Source: a virus (lineage: Duplodnaviria; Caudoviricetes). From it: 64,000 bases of DNA. The notes below the pieces were generated by a model that saw only the letters and a program-made list of their open reading frames with translations, searched no databases and was not told where the DNA came from. Positions 40,431 through 51,288 of this stretch are shown here, piece after piece (the stretch's first letter is position 1; every line of letters starts with the position of its first letter). The position numbers and the translations under genes were made by a program. The DNA lies in the IMG/VR virus record IMGVR_UViG_3300013383_000002, positions 57,437-121,436 of that record, one strand, 5' to 3'.

Positions 40431-41122
40431 TCGTTCCCTTCGGTTTCTTCAGTAGAAGAAGATTGGGTTGGAATTTCAATCACAATATTTTTTGGGCCTT
40501 CTGAACGATGAGCGAATGGGGTAAATGTATAAGTTTGTTCTCCGACCTTTATTGTCAAAGTATTGGTGTCGGGTACTGCGCTAGAAGATATGCTAGGATA
40601 CGTTCCTTTAACCCACTTGTCATCCTCAAGAGTGTGGATTGTGTACATAACTCCCCAATCATTTAAGCCATGAATGAAATGAAGTTTCCAAATTTTATAG
40701 TGCATAAAATTGAAACCGCCTGTTCCAAGTTCATATTGGTTCTCTTGAATATCAACAAAAACCCACCAATAATCAAGACGATCGGGCCCCCCTAGAAAGC
40801 CCATTCTAGATAGATTACTAGTAGCCATAGGATCTTCATCAACAGGAGAGCCATCTTCTGGAGTATTTTTCAAAAAGATTTGATAGAGACGGATAGGCGG
40901 GTCAAAGTGGAGACGGTAAAGACCACTGTGCTGGAATAATTCCGGATAAATTGCGTAACGACCACCAACGACCTTATTTGGGTCTGAACTCCAAGTCATT
41001 ATATTCCCCAAAGGAACATCCATTTCATAAATCCCAACGTCTTCAATCAAATTTTTCAAAATCGTGGGGTTTGTATTTTCAGGAGTTTTCATTACATAAT
41101 CAATAATATCTTGTGTTGCCAT
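40427..41122 (-). CDS. hypothetical protein, QDIxDYVMxTPxNTN family
   Basis: N-terminus MATQDIIDYVMKTPENTN. Confidence 0.7.
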   Translation of the reverse strand: MATQDIIDYVMKTPENTNPTILKNLIEDVGIYEMDVPLGNIMTWSSDPNKVVGGRYAIYPELFQHSGLYRLHFDPPIRLYQIFLKNTPEDGSPVDEDPMATSNLSRMGFLGGPDRLDYWWVFVDIQENQYELGTGGFNFMHYKIWKLHFIHGLNDWGVMYTIHTLEDDKWVKGTYPSISSSAVPDTNTLTIKVGEQTYTFTPFAHRSEGPKNIVIEIPTQSSSTEETEGNE

Positions 41123-41595
41123 TACGTTGCATCGGCCTCCGTCCAAGTTTTTATTGTAATTGTCGCGCCGCCTCCACTAGAGGAACCGGGCGCAGTATAG
41201 AGTAGACCATTAGCATCTACTCCAACCGATTGTGTCATAGCACTTGTCTTTTCTACTGGTTTTACTCCTCCAAGAATTGTCGCTGAAGCAGCTGGAAGAG
41301 TATAGTCTGTTGGGACTTTTGTTATTTGGTCAAGGATAGATTTATTAGAGTGAGAGTGGCGCGCGGTGGTGTTCGCACTAACTTCGGTTGTCGTTGGAAT
41401 AGTTACTGTTTTTTCTTCACTACCGTCATAAGAAGTCGTGGTTGAACCTTGGACTATTTTTAGGGAATTTGGATTTTTTAGAGAAGTTGGCGCTTGGGTA
41501 TTTTCTAGATCAATAATTGCGTCTTGAATATCATTTAGATTTTGCGCGGTGATTGAGGTTTCGCGCGAAACATATGTCCGTTTTGTAAGTGCCAT
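41122..41595 (-). CDS. fibre-like structural protein
   Basis: ITAQNLN, LKNP..YDGS, HSHSNK, YTLPAAS...LGGVK. Confidence 0.65.
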   Translation of the reverse strand: MALTKRTYVSRETSITAQNLNDIQDAIIDLENTQAPTSLKNPNSLKIVQGSTTTSYDGSEEKTVTIPTTTEVSANTTARHSHSNKSILDQITKVPTDYTLPAASATILGGVKPVEKTSAMTQSVGVDANGLLYTAPGSSSGGGATITIKTWTEADAT

Positions 41596-41663
41596 TTAGA
41601 TAAAATCACCTCACAGGCAGTTCTTTCTTTTTGGAAGTAGAAAATTGCCTGTGAGGCTCGACA

Positions 41664-42974
41664 TTATTCGGTTTCGGTGACTTCAGTGGCGGTTAGAGCG
41701 CCAGTATCGTCAACGGTTATTTTGAATTTTTTGGTGGAGTCCGGTGTTGAAGAGGAGATTAGAACACCGTCGTAGACATGTTCTGCGGTAATATAGTTAC
41801 TATCATTTTCAAGGTCTGAAGTTTTTAGAGTTATATCACCTCTTTCCCCGTTGATTGAATTTACAATTGGAATGAAGTTGGTATTGGAGTTGGTAAAATT
41901 AACTTCACCATTTGGCTCGATGTATATTTGGGTGGAATATATTTTACCATCAGTAGAGTTCAGCAAGTGCTCTGCAAATACTACATATTCCGTGCTTGGA
42001 TTTACAATAATAGTTAGATAAGGAAATATATGTTTTTTATTACCATATACAGAGCCTGAATCGTAAATACAATAAGGAATTTGTCCATTACTAACTGCTG
42101 TAGAAATTTCATCATAGGTTTTATCACAAACGTAAGGGTTGGCTTCGGTTCCAGAACCCGTGATTGTGCACATTAGACTTCTGGCGCCAATATTCTCACA
42201 TGCTAGTTCCTTTTGAGCGGTGGTTAGAGTTTGGGTAGTCTCAAAAGATACAAAACTATTTTCCATAGCTCCTACTACTTCATCCGGGGTAAGGGATATG
42301 GGGAAAGAATCAAACCTCATGCTGTCGGGAGTAATAATAAGCATTAAAATAAATCCATCGTTGCCGTCCAGGCTTATGAAGATATACTCGTTAGTTTTCT
42401 CTGATATATTTGTTTGATATAAATACATGTCTGGTGCATTATTATTATGGAGAAGACGTATTACCGCCAGTTGACCATCAGAAACTAGCTGACGAATTTC
42501 ATCACATGGATTAGTGCCAGTAATTTGATTTGTAGAGAGGTTATAACTTAGTTCAAAAATTTTAGAATCAATATGATACTTATAATTTTCAGTCCACCTT
42601 TCGCTATAAGTAGGACTCACATCCTTTACAGAAAGTGATGCTACACAAATATTATTATAGTTGTTAACCTTATACGTTCCCGAAAAACTGATCGTATAGA
42701 GGTCATCAAAACATTTAACAGAAGTAAGAGGAAACAAACAGCTGTCATTCTCTAAATAAACATATTTTCCAGCATTATAAGCATCATATATCTCTTTTGG
42801 TGTTTTATCAAGATATGGTATTCCATAAATTCTTCTCATGGTTACTTTAAATGGCTTAAAACTCAATTGAACTAGACTTTCTTCAATTGCACTGTCTACT
42901 AAACCCTCTAATACTGTCTTATTAGTATTTTGAGGAGTTTCCATTACATAATCTACGATGTCTTGTTTTGACAT
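41664..42974 (-). CDS. fibre/adhesin-like protein, QDIxDYVMxTPxNTN family
   Basis: MSKQDIVDYVMETPQNTNK; repeated DKTxxEI units; SDLENDS; KKFKITVDDTG. Confidence 0.7.
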   Translation of the reverse strand: MSKQDIVDYVMETPQNTNKTVLEGLVDSAIEESLVQLSFKPFKVTMRRIYGIPYLDKTPKEIYDAYNAGKYVYLENDSCLFPLTSVKCFDDLYTISFSGTYKVNNYNNICVASLSVKDVSPTYSERWTENYKYHIDSKIFELSYNLSTNQITGTNPCDEIRQLVSDGQLAVIRLLHNNNAPDMYLYQTNISEKTNEYIFISLDGNDGFILMLIITPDSMRFDSFPISLTPDEVVGAMENSFVSFETTQTLTTAQKELACENIGARSLMCTITGSGTEANPYVCDKTYDEISTAVSNGQIPYCIYDSGSVYGNKKHIFPYLTIIVNPSTEYVVFAEHLLNSTDGKIYSTQIYIEPNGEVNFTNSNTNFIPIVNSINGERGDITLKTSDLENDSNYITAEHVYDGVLISSSTPDSTKKFKITVDDTGALTATEVTETE

Positions 42975-43040
42975 ATTTTACCTCCTAAACGTGATACTTC
43001 TATTAGAAAGGTGGGGGGGGGTGTCTAGTAACTCGACAAA

Positions 43041-43069
43041 TTTGAAAAACAGTCAAAAATCTGATATAA
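43041..43069 (+). promoter_or_regulatory. representative sigmaA-type early promoter TTGAAA-N17-TATAAT
   Basis: similar copies near 11701, 21959, 25463, 25679, 31689, 39323, 45903, 47213, 50183, 51039, 52426. Confidence 0.75.
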
Positions 43070-43102
43070 TATCTATAGAAAATAAAAGGAGGAAAAAATA
43101 AA

Positions 43103-43363
43103 ATGGGCATCTTCAAGAAAATCTCCCAAGAACTGGAGTATGCGAAGATGAAGAATGCAACAATTACCCCGAAGGGGATTTGCTTCCGTGAGTATTGTCA
43201 AAAAATCCGTGACCATAAATGGACGCCTGCCGATACTATTGAAGCATACGAAGAGGAGATTAGCACCGTGCGCGACCTCTTTGAACAGGGAAAACATGTA
43301 ATTTATCGAGAAGACGTGGCGGACTATTTGTTCCAACTTCTCTGCGAAGTAAAGGAGAGATAA
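43103..43363 (+). CDS. hypothetical early protein
   Basis: sigmaA promoter and AGGAGG. Confidence 0.7.
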   Translation: MGIFKKISQELEYAKMKNATITPKGICFREYCQKIRDHKWTPADTIEAYEEEISTVRDLFEQGKHVIYREDVADYLFQLLCEVKER

Positions 43364-43364
43364 A

Positions 43365-43619
43365 ATGAGATATAAGAATTATGAGCTAAGAAAAACAGAA
43401 GACCATAGGTGGGAAATTGTTCAGTGGTTTCCTAATAATCTAGTTGAGAGCTGCACTGTTGTAATGATTCTTAGATGGGATACACGAAGTGGTTCTCTGA
43501 AGATCGACCCGGTGGTTTCGCGCATTATTCACACATATAGTGTAAAGAATTTTGATAGATGGTTTGATATCTGTCTAAAGTTTATTGAACTTACGGAAGA
43601 GGAGGAAAATGAGGAATGA
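43365..43619 (+). CDS. hypothetical protein
   Basis: AGGAG RBS. Confidence 0.65.
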   Translation: MRYKNYELRKTEDHRWEIVQWFPNNLVESCTVVMILRWDTRSGSLKIDPVVSRIIHTYSVKNFDRWFDICLKFIELTEEEENEE

Positions 43620-43983
43620 AGATGCTAATTTTTGGAATTCTTGGGTATCTTGGCGCAGTATTCGGTTGGAATGCGTGGGCGGTTATCAACAATTACCCGT
43701 ATTGGCTTATTTATGTTGTTGAGTTCACGATGCTTGGTACTTATATGTTTGCTTGCTGGAAAGGAGATAAGAGCGATGACGACTAAGGAAATTTGTGCAA
43801 ACCTTGATAAAATTATCGATAGCGTTCCGGACACTGATATTCAGAGAATCGCGCGTAAAGCTCTTACTAGACTGCGCCATCAAGAAGAGGAATTGCGCAC
43901 GATGCGCGAGGTGTCGATCGCGCACAAAGAACTAATCGGCGCACTCTATCATCAGATTGATACAATTGAAAGGGGTCTTTGAT

Positions 43984-44235
43984 ATGAAGCCTAATAGTTT
44001 TGTCCTTGACCGCAGTAATTTCAAGACGAAGGAAGAGTTCAATTCTACTGTTGGTAATGCCATTCGGATGTTCACGGACGCGGGATACCAGACAAAGGCT
44101 TACTGGGATGATATCGGCGTCGGTATCTTTGTAATTGAGTATGACCACGCAAGCCCCGAATTCGGCATTACTCTTGAATGGCACGACGAGATGGAAGATA
44201 TGGCCATGAATAATAGAGAAGAGGACTGCGACTAA
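43984..44235 (+). CDS. hypothetical protein
   Basis: paralogue of 50822-51037. Confidence 0.7.
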   Translation: MKPNSFVLDRSNFKTKEEFNSTVGNAIRMFTDAGYQTKAYWDDIGVGIFVIEYDHASPEFGITLEWHDEMEDMAMNNREEDCD

Positions 44236-44300
44236 TTTGAATTTCTGGTAAAATTATAGTATAATTTTAGTAGAAAATGAGATAAGAAAGGATTGATACT

Positions 44301-44555
44301 ATGGCTGGATATCGTAGAACTTCGAAGTACTCTGTGGAGGATACACAGAAGTGGACTATTGAAGCAATGCTGACGCTTTCCGAGGAGAGGCGCGCGATGA
44401 CATGCGAAGAACTGCGCTCGACCAATATCCAGCTAGTATCAGTCACTCCGCAGAAGCTCGCGCGATGTCTTAGTTCTCTTTGTGATCTGGGAACGGTTCG
44501 CAAGGAAAAAGGCAAGGATGGACGCATGCGCTATTGGTTTGCGGAGGTTATGTAA
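44301..44555 (+). CDS. winged-helix-like protein
   Basis: VTPQKLARCLSSLCDLGTV...RYW. Confidence 0.6.
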   Translation: MAGYRRTSKYSVEDTQKWTIEAMLTLSEERRAMTCEELRSTNIQLVSVTPQKLARCLSSLCDLGTVRKEKGKDGRMRYWFAEVM

Positions 44556-44779
44556 TGGAAGTAAAAGAAGTAGTTAGAAAAACACTGGAAGCAAGCGGAT
44601 GCCAGTCGTCTAAATCGATTAGTGCAATGGCAATGCGCAAATTTGGGGTTGAAGTAACTCCGGCGCAAGTTTCTGGTGTGTTGCGCGCGATGATGGCGCG
44701 CGGAGATGCTGCGTGTTCCAGTGATGGAAGTAATCAGAGAGTGTATTGGCTCGTAAAACATGAATGGGAGGAGAAGTAA
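44555..44779 (+). CDS. winged-helix-like protein
   Basis: VTPAQVSGVLRAM..RG...VYW. Confidence 0.6.
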   Translation: MEVKEVVRKTLEASGCQSSKSISAMAMRKFGVEVTPAQVSGVLRAMMARGDAACSSDGSNQRVYWLVKHEWEEK

Positions 44780-45032
44780 AATGGTTCGTTATAAAGTAAC
44801 AATTGGATGGTGGAATACCCCGTAAGTAGTATCAAACCTGTATATACAGAAAAAACCTATCGAGGTCTTGCTGTTGGCCCCTCTACAAACGAAGCCCTTA
44901 CTCAGATTGAAGAAGCCTATGGCGGGGACATTGCCAGTCTGACCTTAGAGTATACTGATGATATGGATTGCATCATTTATGATGACACGAATGAAGAAGA
45001 AATGCCTTGGTTGACGAAGAAGGAGGACTAAT

Positions 45033-45482
45033 ATGAGTATTGATTACACTTTCTATATGAAGACGACTAACAAGGAGTTCTATCCGATTGCTTCTTTTGG
45101 TAGTAGTTCAATGGTTGGTGAGGCGATGAACATCCAGTTTGGGAGTAGTAATTTCGACAATCGGCGCGCACTTCATGAGGAAGAGGTGCGTCAGATGATT
45201 TCCGAGAGAAACGTCCGCACGCGCGAACACAAGGCTACTATTCGTAAGTATCAGAACCGGCAGAAGGAAATTGGCGGTTGGAATAATTCCACCGATGAAA
45301 AGTATGGTCTGATTACTGATCTCGATGATATGATTGATGAAGAAAAGTGTGATATGGACTACTGCGCGCGCAGTGCTAATTTCTTTGAATTCCTTCTGGA
45401 GTTCATTGAGATGGCAAAATACACTTCTCCGGATGACCCTAAAGTTGACCCTGAAAACTACCTTTATTGGGAGATGAATTGA
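45033..45482 (+). CDS. hypothetical protein
   Basis: paralogue of 51518-51976. Confidence 0.7.
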   Translation: MSIDYTFYMKTTNKEFYPIASFGSSSMVGEAMNIQFGSSNFDNRRALHEEEVRQMISERNVRTREHKATIRKYQNRQKEIGGWNNSTDEKYGLITDLDDMIDEEKCDMDYCARSANFFEFLLEFIEMAKYTSPDDPKVDPENYLYWEMN

Positions 45483-45874
45483 TGAAGAGGCAGCCTGTTT
45501 CCCACCTGACTTGGGGTCTTTTTATGAGCTGGCGCCCATCCATCTTCTTCAAAGACCTCTGCATTTGGTTTAGAAGACTTATTTTTCTTCTAAGACATGG
45601 ATATTGCCCGCAAGCTAGATGGGAAATGTTTGAATGGCACCGCGAAGTTATGAAAGAGCTTCTTACTTATTTCCGCAATCATCATTGTGGAGTTCCTTTT
45701 CTCATTGATGAAGAAGAAGATGGAAAGAATGAGGAAACGTGGAATAATATTATTGACCAGATGTCATTGGCACTTAGTGAGATGGGTGATTGCTCTGACT
45801 ATCGCGCGCGCGAACATGCCAAGAAGAGGTTCTTCCGTCTCTTTTCTGAATACTACTTCTACCTGTGGGACTAA
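45482..45874 (+). CDS. hypothetical protein
   Basis: paralogue of 51976-52398; ends FYLWD. Confidence 0.7.
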   Translation: MKRQPVSHLTWGLFMSWRPSIFFKDLCIWFRRLIFLLRHGYCPQARWEMFEWHREVMKELLTYFRNHHCGVPFLIDEEEDGKNEETWNNIIDQMSLALSEMGDCSDYRAREHAKKRFFRLFSEYYFYLWD

Positions 45875-46721
45875 GCTCTCACAGGTTTTTTATATTAGTA
45901 ATTTGAATTTTGGCCATAAAAATGATATAATATAGGTACAAAATGAGGAAAGGAAAAAATAAAAATGGTAGCTACTTTCAAGACTAATTCGGATATTACG
46001 CTGGATCGCCACGATTTTTCTAAGAGACAGTGGCGCAAGATTTGTAAGGCACTCGGCGCGGACAGGAGAGATGAAGTTCTTTGGATTGAAGTCCCGGCAA
46101 ATAGTATCGAGCTGGTTTGTAGACCGACAAAGGAAGAAATTAGAGAATGGAAGAAGCAGCATAAAACTAATTCTTGAGGATATACGACCCACTGTAAGGA
46201 AAATCCGGTGGCTTTTGAGCTAGATGTTCAGGAGACAAGAATCCCGGAAGAAGAATGGAAGTTTCTCGGTGGCGGCGTTTATTGATGTCTGCTTTGGCTA
46301 TCGTACTTATGGTTTTTGCGATTGAAAATCTGACAAAGACTCCGCGCACTTGACACGAGGTTTCTTTTGATGAGAATTATCCCGTAAGTGAGTTGATTGA
46401 GAACTATGAGATTGTTAGTCAGCGTGGAGATATTCTGATTGTAGGGAAAAAAGCGAATGAGTATTACGATTTGGGATGTTGGAATTATTGATGAAGCAGG
46501 ACATATCTTTCAGCACGTATACTTCTTTACTCGTAAAAGCGCTAAGAGATATGTAGAAAAACATATGAAAGAATGGGAAGCAAGTGGCTGGTCTTGGTGC
46601 ACAGGCGGCGAGCCTCTATATTTGGGGAAGATTAAAGACTGATGACAAAGGTAGAGAGTGGGCGCGGAGATTTGTGGGTCTTTGGAAGATAATGATGAAG
46701 TGTCAAAGGAGGAAAAAAGTA

Positions 46722-47197
46722 ATGGAAAATTATATTATGCTCGATGGTGAGGAATTTGAAATGAATGATTCTCTCGTTGAACTTCTGCGCGGGGTCGTCA
46801 AAGAGAAAGAAAAGGCTTCTCCTTTCGCGCGAGAAGATGGGCAAATTTATTATTCTATAAGTGATTCGGGTTCTGTATTTTTTTCTACTGAAAGTAAAAT
46901 GGGAACAGATGATCGTCGTTATAAAGTTGGAAACTATTGCACAGATGAAAAACTAATGGAACAGCGAGCACCCCATGAAACACTAGAACGACTTCTATGA
47001 GGTTTTCTGAGGAAACTGGTGGAAGAGGAGTGAGAACCCACTGGTATATTCGGTTTGACAGTAGTTTTCGTGTAGACTTTATTTGTAGTGGAAAAACACA
47101 GGGTGTTGTTTATTTTTCTTCCTCATCAGCAGCGCGCAGAGCTATTGATGAGATTATACTTCCGTTTATGCGCAAACATCCTGAGTTTGTGTGGTAA
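46722..47197 (+). pseudogene. frameshifted paralogue of 53552-54037
   Basis: ERLL|RFSEETGG versus ERILWRYSEEHGG; one base missing near 46998. Confidence 0.6.
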
Positions 47198-47876
47198 ATA
47201 TAGATTAGAAAGTTGAAAAATAGCCAAATTTTTGATATAATATAGGTACAAAATGAAGGGAGTATAGAGAAATGAATATCTATAAAATCTGGGTTGACAA
47301 ACCACTTGGGTGGGATACCTATGATAGCGCGATCGTTGTGGCGTCAAACGAAGAAGCTGCACGACATATTCATCCAGCTTCTAGTTATAATAGCCCGATT
47401 AGAGGCTATAATAAAGAAACAGGTTATTTTGATATCCCTTAGTATGAAGATCTTTCTCTTACCAATAGCGAGTGGACAGCGCCGGAGAATGTAAATGTGG
47501 AGCTGGTTGGAACGACAGATTTTTATGAAGAAGGAGTCGTGCTGTGCGCGAGCTATAATGCGGGGTAAGCGAGTTGGATGAATATAAATTCGAAACGTGG
47601 GATATAATTTGGACGAATTGCCCAAGATGTTTTGCTCCACTCAGACGAATAACCGTGGGCTGGAGTTGTACAAATCCTAATTGTAGATGTCAGCTCGATG
47701 ACTATGGAAATCAATATACCAATACAATTTATAACAAAGAGACTCATCAATGAATGTAGAAGTAAAGAAGAATTCTGAAATGATGGTACTGGAGCAGAAG
47801 TTTAGAGAGCTTGACGACCGGCATGAATATATGAAGGAAGCTTGGGTAGCTAAAAATTGAGAAAGGAAATTGAAAG

Positions 47877-48377
47877 ATGAAAAAGTTTATTTGTGTTTTT
47901 ATTTGCCTACTGATGATTATGAGCTGTGCTTATGGGTGCGCGCGTCCCCCGGTTGAGGACATTCCGGAGACAACTGTCTCTGAGCCAGAGACGGCCGCGC
48001 CCACTGAGCCGGAGACGGAAGCGGAGGTCGTGACAGAAGCTAGTGAAACAATGGTCGCGCGCGAGGATGAGGTAAAAGAGCTGGAAGAAACCTTTATTGA
48101 GAGTTTTGGTGAAGATAATGTTTCTTTCTGGTGGTCTGATGAAGGCGATGCTTACTTCATTACAATCTGGTGCGATGTTTCCTATGATGCGTTCTATGCG
48201 GTTGACGTCAACAGAGAAACTCGCAATAATCTTGATTTTCTTTGCCTGATGGGCTATCTGGCTACGAACGTCGATAGTTTTCTGACGCTTTACGATAGAA
48301 CAGAAGGAGTTGTTTATGCCTCCTATAACGGTACTGATTTCACAAGAGAAGCACTACTAATGCAGGGAGCAAGCTAA
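47877..48377 (+). CDS. putative lipoprotein
   Basis: signal peptide ending AYGC; acidic P/E/T linker. Confidence 0.65.
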   Translation: MKKFICVFICLLMIMSCAYGCARPPVEDIPETTVSEPETAAPTEPETEAEVVTEASETMVAREDEVKELEETFIESFGEDNVSFWWSDEGDAYFITIWCDVSYDAFYAVDVNRETRNNLDFLCLMGYLATNVDSFLTLYDRTEGVVYASYNGTDFTREALLMQGAS

Positions 48378-48487
48378 TGAATTGGTGGCAGACGATTCTT
48401 TGTGGAGTTGGTGTTCTTGGTGTAGGAATTCTACTTCTCTATCTAACTTGGGCTATTTATGGTTGGATTACGAAAGAAGGTGAGTAA

Positions 48488-49057
48488 ATGGCGATTCGTT
48501 ATATTAGCGACCTCCATTTCGGCCATTCAAGCATTATCAAATTTGATATGAGACCTTTTGAGACAGTCGAAGAGATGGATAGAGAACTAGTGAGACGCTG
48601 GAATGAGGTTGTTGATAAAGATGATCAGGTCTATGTGTTGGGCGATATGTTCTGGAAGAAAGCAGACGAAGCTATTCCTATCCTCAGACAGTTGAAAGGC
48701 AATAAGTTTCTCGTGCGCGGGAATCATGATAGAATTGGGAATCGAGAGTTTGACAAGTGCTTCGCGCGCATCGCAGATTATATTGACGTGAAAGATGAGG
48801 GACGTCATGTAATTCTTTGCCATTATCCTATCTTCGCTTTCAAGAACCATTATTATGAAGGTAATTACCATCTCTATGGCCATGTTCATGATACGTGGGA
48901 AGAACGAATTTGTGATGATATCCGCGCGCGGATGGCAGAAGCTGGTGTGAGTTGTCGGATGAGGAATGTTGGGTGTATGATGCCATGGATGGACTACGCG
49001 CCGAGAACGTTGGATGAAATTTTTGGTTGGGAACCAAAAGAACCAGAATGGATATAA
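48488..49057 (+). CDS. calcineurin-like phosphoesterase
   Basis: SDLHFGH, LGD, GNHD, CHYP, GHVH, NVG. Confidence 0.88.
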   Translation: MAIRYISDLHFGHSSIIKFDMRPFETVEEMDRELVRRWNEVVDKDDQVYVLGDMFWKKADEAIPILRQLKGNKFLVRGNHDRIGNREFDKCFARIADYIDVKDEGRHVILCHYPIFAFKNHYYEGNYHLYGHVHDTWEERICDDIRARMAEAGVSCRMRNVGCMMPWMDYAPRTLDEIFGWEPKEPEWI

Positions 49058-49094
49058 AAAGAACCGAGGAAGGCTTATTCTTCCTCGGTTTTTC

Positions 49095-50120
49095 TTATTC
49101 AAAATAATAAAAAACTACGCAAGTGAACCAAGATTCATTGTCGCCAAGTGTTTCTTGTAAAGATAATTTTATATAGGGTCTTAGGCGTTCGTTAAATAGA
49201 TTAAAACGCCAGGCGTCAACAGGAACGTGGTACTGGAAGGATGAGAACGGGTACGTATATGTATCATATTTTCTGTCATCACTTGTCATGGACAAAGATT
49301 CACTAAAATACCCAATTGTATCTTTATTTATGGTAAAAGCATCACTTATTAATTTCGTCTCACTGTTACCATCACTATTATGGGACAGACCCACTTTAGT
49401 CGACTTGTTAGAGAAAACTTCTATTTTATAGACCTTGTGATTTGGTAGGTAAGCGAATTTTTGGTTGTCTGAGATTGTGTCCCCTGCAATGGTTTTGATA
49501 TTTGGAGTATAGATTTCCGGTTTATTTTTTATAAAAGTTTTTTCATGACCGTCTTTTTCATTCCAGTCACTTTGATAAAAATTGATACATTTATCTGGAA
49601 TTTTTTTTATTTGAACATTTTTCTTCCAGGAAAGCCCTTCTATCTTTAGAATCTTAGATTGGGGAATATTATCACCACTAATTGTAACATAGAGTTTCTT
49701 AGGATTTGTATATGTGGATACATAAAATTGAAAAGGATAGTTAAATCCTGTTTCTGAACCAAAATTCATGCCAACGATTAAAAACCTATTAGAAAATTGG
49801 TTAGAAGCACGACAGGTCAACTCATATTCTTGGTCGCCATAAATTATTTTATAGTCTCCTCCTTCTATTAGAGGGGTTTCATCAAATTCAACGGCTATTG
49901 TTTGAGTTAAGTCGCCTCCATCAAAAAAGTTATCGTGAAGTTCATAGGTATAGTATCCGATCCTATTTTTTATATAATCTTTAGCCTCTGGGTTATTTTG
50001 GTTCCAATCTGGCTGAACTTGACTTTCCTCTAATGCGCTGTCCACCAGGCTTTCTAACACCGCTTTATTCGTGTTTTGCGGCGTCTCCATCACATAATCC
50101 ACAATGTCTTGTTTTGACAT
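49095..50120 (-). CDS. fibre/adhesin-like protein, QDIxDYVMxTPxNTN family
   Basis: MSKQDIVDYVMETPQNTNK; QPDWNQNNPEAKDYIKNR; QSDWNE...FIKNKP. Confidence 0.72.
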   Translation of the reverse strand: MSKQDIVDYVMETPQNTNKAVLESLVDSALEESQVQPDWNQNNPEAKDYIKNRIGYYTYELHDNFFDGGDLTQTIAVEFDETPLIEGGDYKIIYGDQEYELTCRASNQFSNRFLIVGMNFGSETGFNYPFQFYVSTYTNPKKLYVTISGDNIPQSKILKIEGLSWKKNVQIKKIPDKCINFYQSDWNEKDGHEKTFIKNKPEIYTPNIKTIAGDTISDNQKFAYLPNHKVYKIEVFSNKSTKVGLSHNSDGNSETKLISDAFTINKDTIGYFSESLSMTSDDRKYDTYTYPFSSFQYHVPVDAWRFNLFNERLRPYIKLSLQETLGDNESWFTCVVFYYFE

Positions 50121-50247
50121 CTATTTTCACCTCTTATACTATTCTATTCAAAAGTCGGGGGGGTTACTTTTACTCGACATATTTGAAATTTCATCGTTTT
50201 TTGATATAATATTTATACAAGATGAGGAAAGAAAGGAAGGAATCAAT

Positions 50248-50835
50248 ATGACTGATAACGAAATTCAACGTACACTCCATGAAAGACTAGAAGACGCGCG
50301 AAAAAAATATCCTGGCCAAGTCCTCGCTGTCGCATTATTCGGCTCTCAAAATTATGGTATTTCCCATGCGGGAAGTGATATCGACACAAAAACAATTCTC
50401 CTGCCGTCCCACGCGGACATCATCAATGGCGCGCACATATCTGTCTCCGAGAGAGTTTATCCGAACGGCATCAACCAGTATAAGGATTTTCGAGACGTTC
50501 TCAATCACATTATGACAAAAGGTAGTGTTAGTTTTCTCGAATGTTTTTCTACTCGTTTTTATGAAGCACCAATTTATAATACAGATATTTGGGAGCGTCT
50601 TCGCAATAAAATGCCTATGGTGTCGTATTATGCGCATGGCCATATCCTTCATTGCGCGCGAGGCATGGCAAAGAGTTACTACGAACAAATTCGTAAAAGT
50701 AATAGTCTAAAATCTAAAATTCACTTCCTTTGGATTTACAATTTTATTCTAAGATTTACTGAGGGAGAGAGCTTCCCGAAGGCACTTTTCTTCGATAACA
50801 ACTATGTGGGAGCGATGACTAATGGAAATCAATAA
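50248..50835 (+). CDS. nucleotidyltransferase (Pol beta superfamily)
   Basis: LFGSQNYG....SDIDTK. Confidence 0.75.
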   Translation: MTDNEIQRTLHERLEDARKKYPGQVLAVALFGSQNYGISHAGSDIDTKTILLPSHADIINGAHISVSERVYPNGINQYKDFRDVLNHIMTKGSVSFLECFSTRFYEAPIYNTDIWERLRNKMPMVSYYAHGHILHCARGMAKSYYEQIRKSNSLKSKIHFLWIYNFILRFTEGESFPKALFFDNNYVGAMTNGNQ

Positions 50836-51037
50836 GTTTGTTCTTGAACGAGGAAATTTTTCTTCTGATGAAGCGTTCGCGCAAGAAGTCGGGCGCGCGA
50901 CCATGATGTTTGCTAATGCGGGATACCAGATGAAGACTTACTGGGATGACAAAGGCGTGGGAATTTTTGTCATCGAGCATGCTTGGTGCGACCCTCAATT
51001 TGGAATTGGCCTTGACTGGCACGAGGATGATTTCTAA
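50822..51037 (+). CDS. hypothetical protein
   Basis: paralogue of 43984-44235. Confidence 0.7.
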   Translation: MEINKFVLERGNFSSDEAFAQEVGRATMMFANAGYQMKTYWDDKGVGIFVIEHAWCDPQFGIGLDWHEDDF

Positions 51038-51288
51038 TTTGAAATTTAGCCCATTTTCTGGTATAATATATATAGAAAATGAGAGAAAGGGCTGATAGAA
51101 TGGCCGGTTATCGTAAGTCGAAGTATAGTGCGGAGGATACTCAGCGCTGGACGGTTGAAGCAATGGTAACTCTGGGTGAAGAGAAGCGCGCGATGACGTG
51201 CGCAGAGAAGTAGCTAGTTCGGATGATGGCGCTGGTCAGAAACTTTATTGGTTGACGCGACGTGAGTTTGATAGAAAGGAGAATTGAT

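Noticed and set aside
33032-42974. Diversity-generating retroelement targeting fibre genes
   Set aside because: No reverse transcriptase and no TR/VR pair seen.
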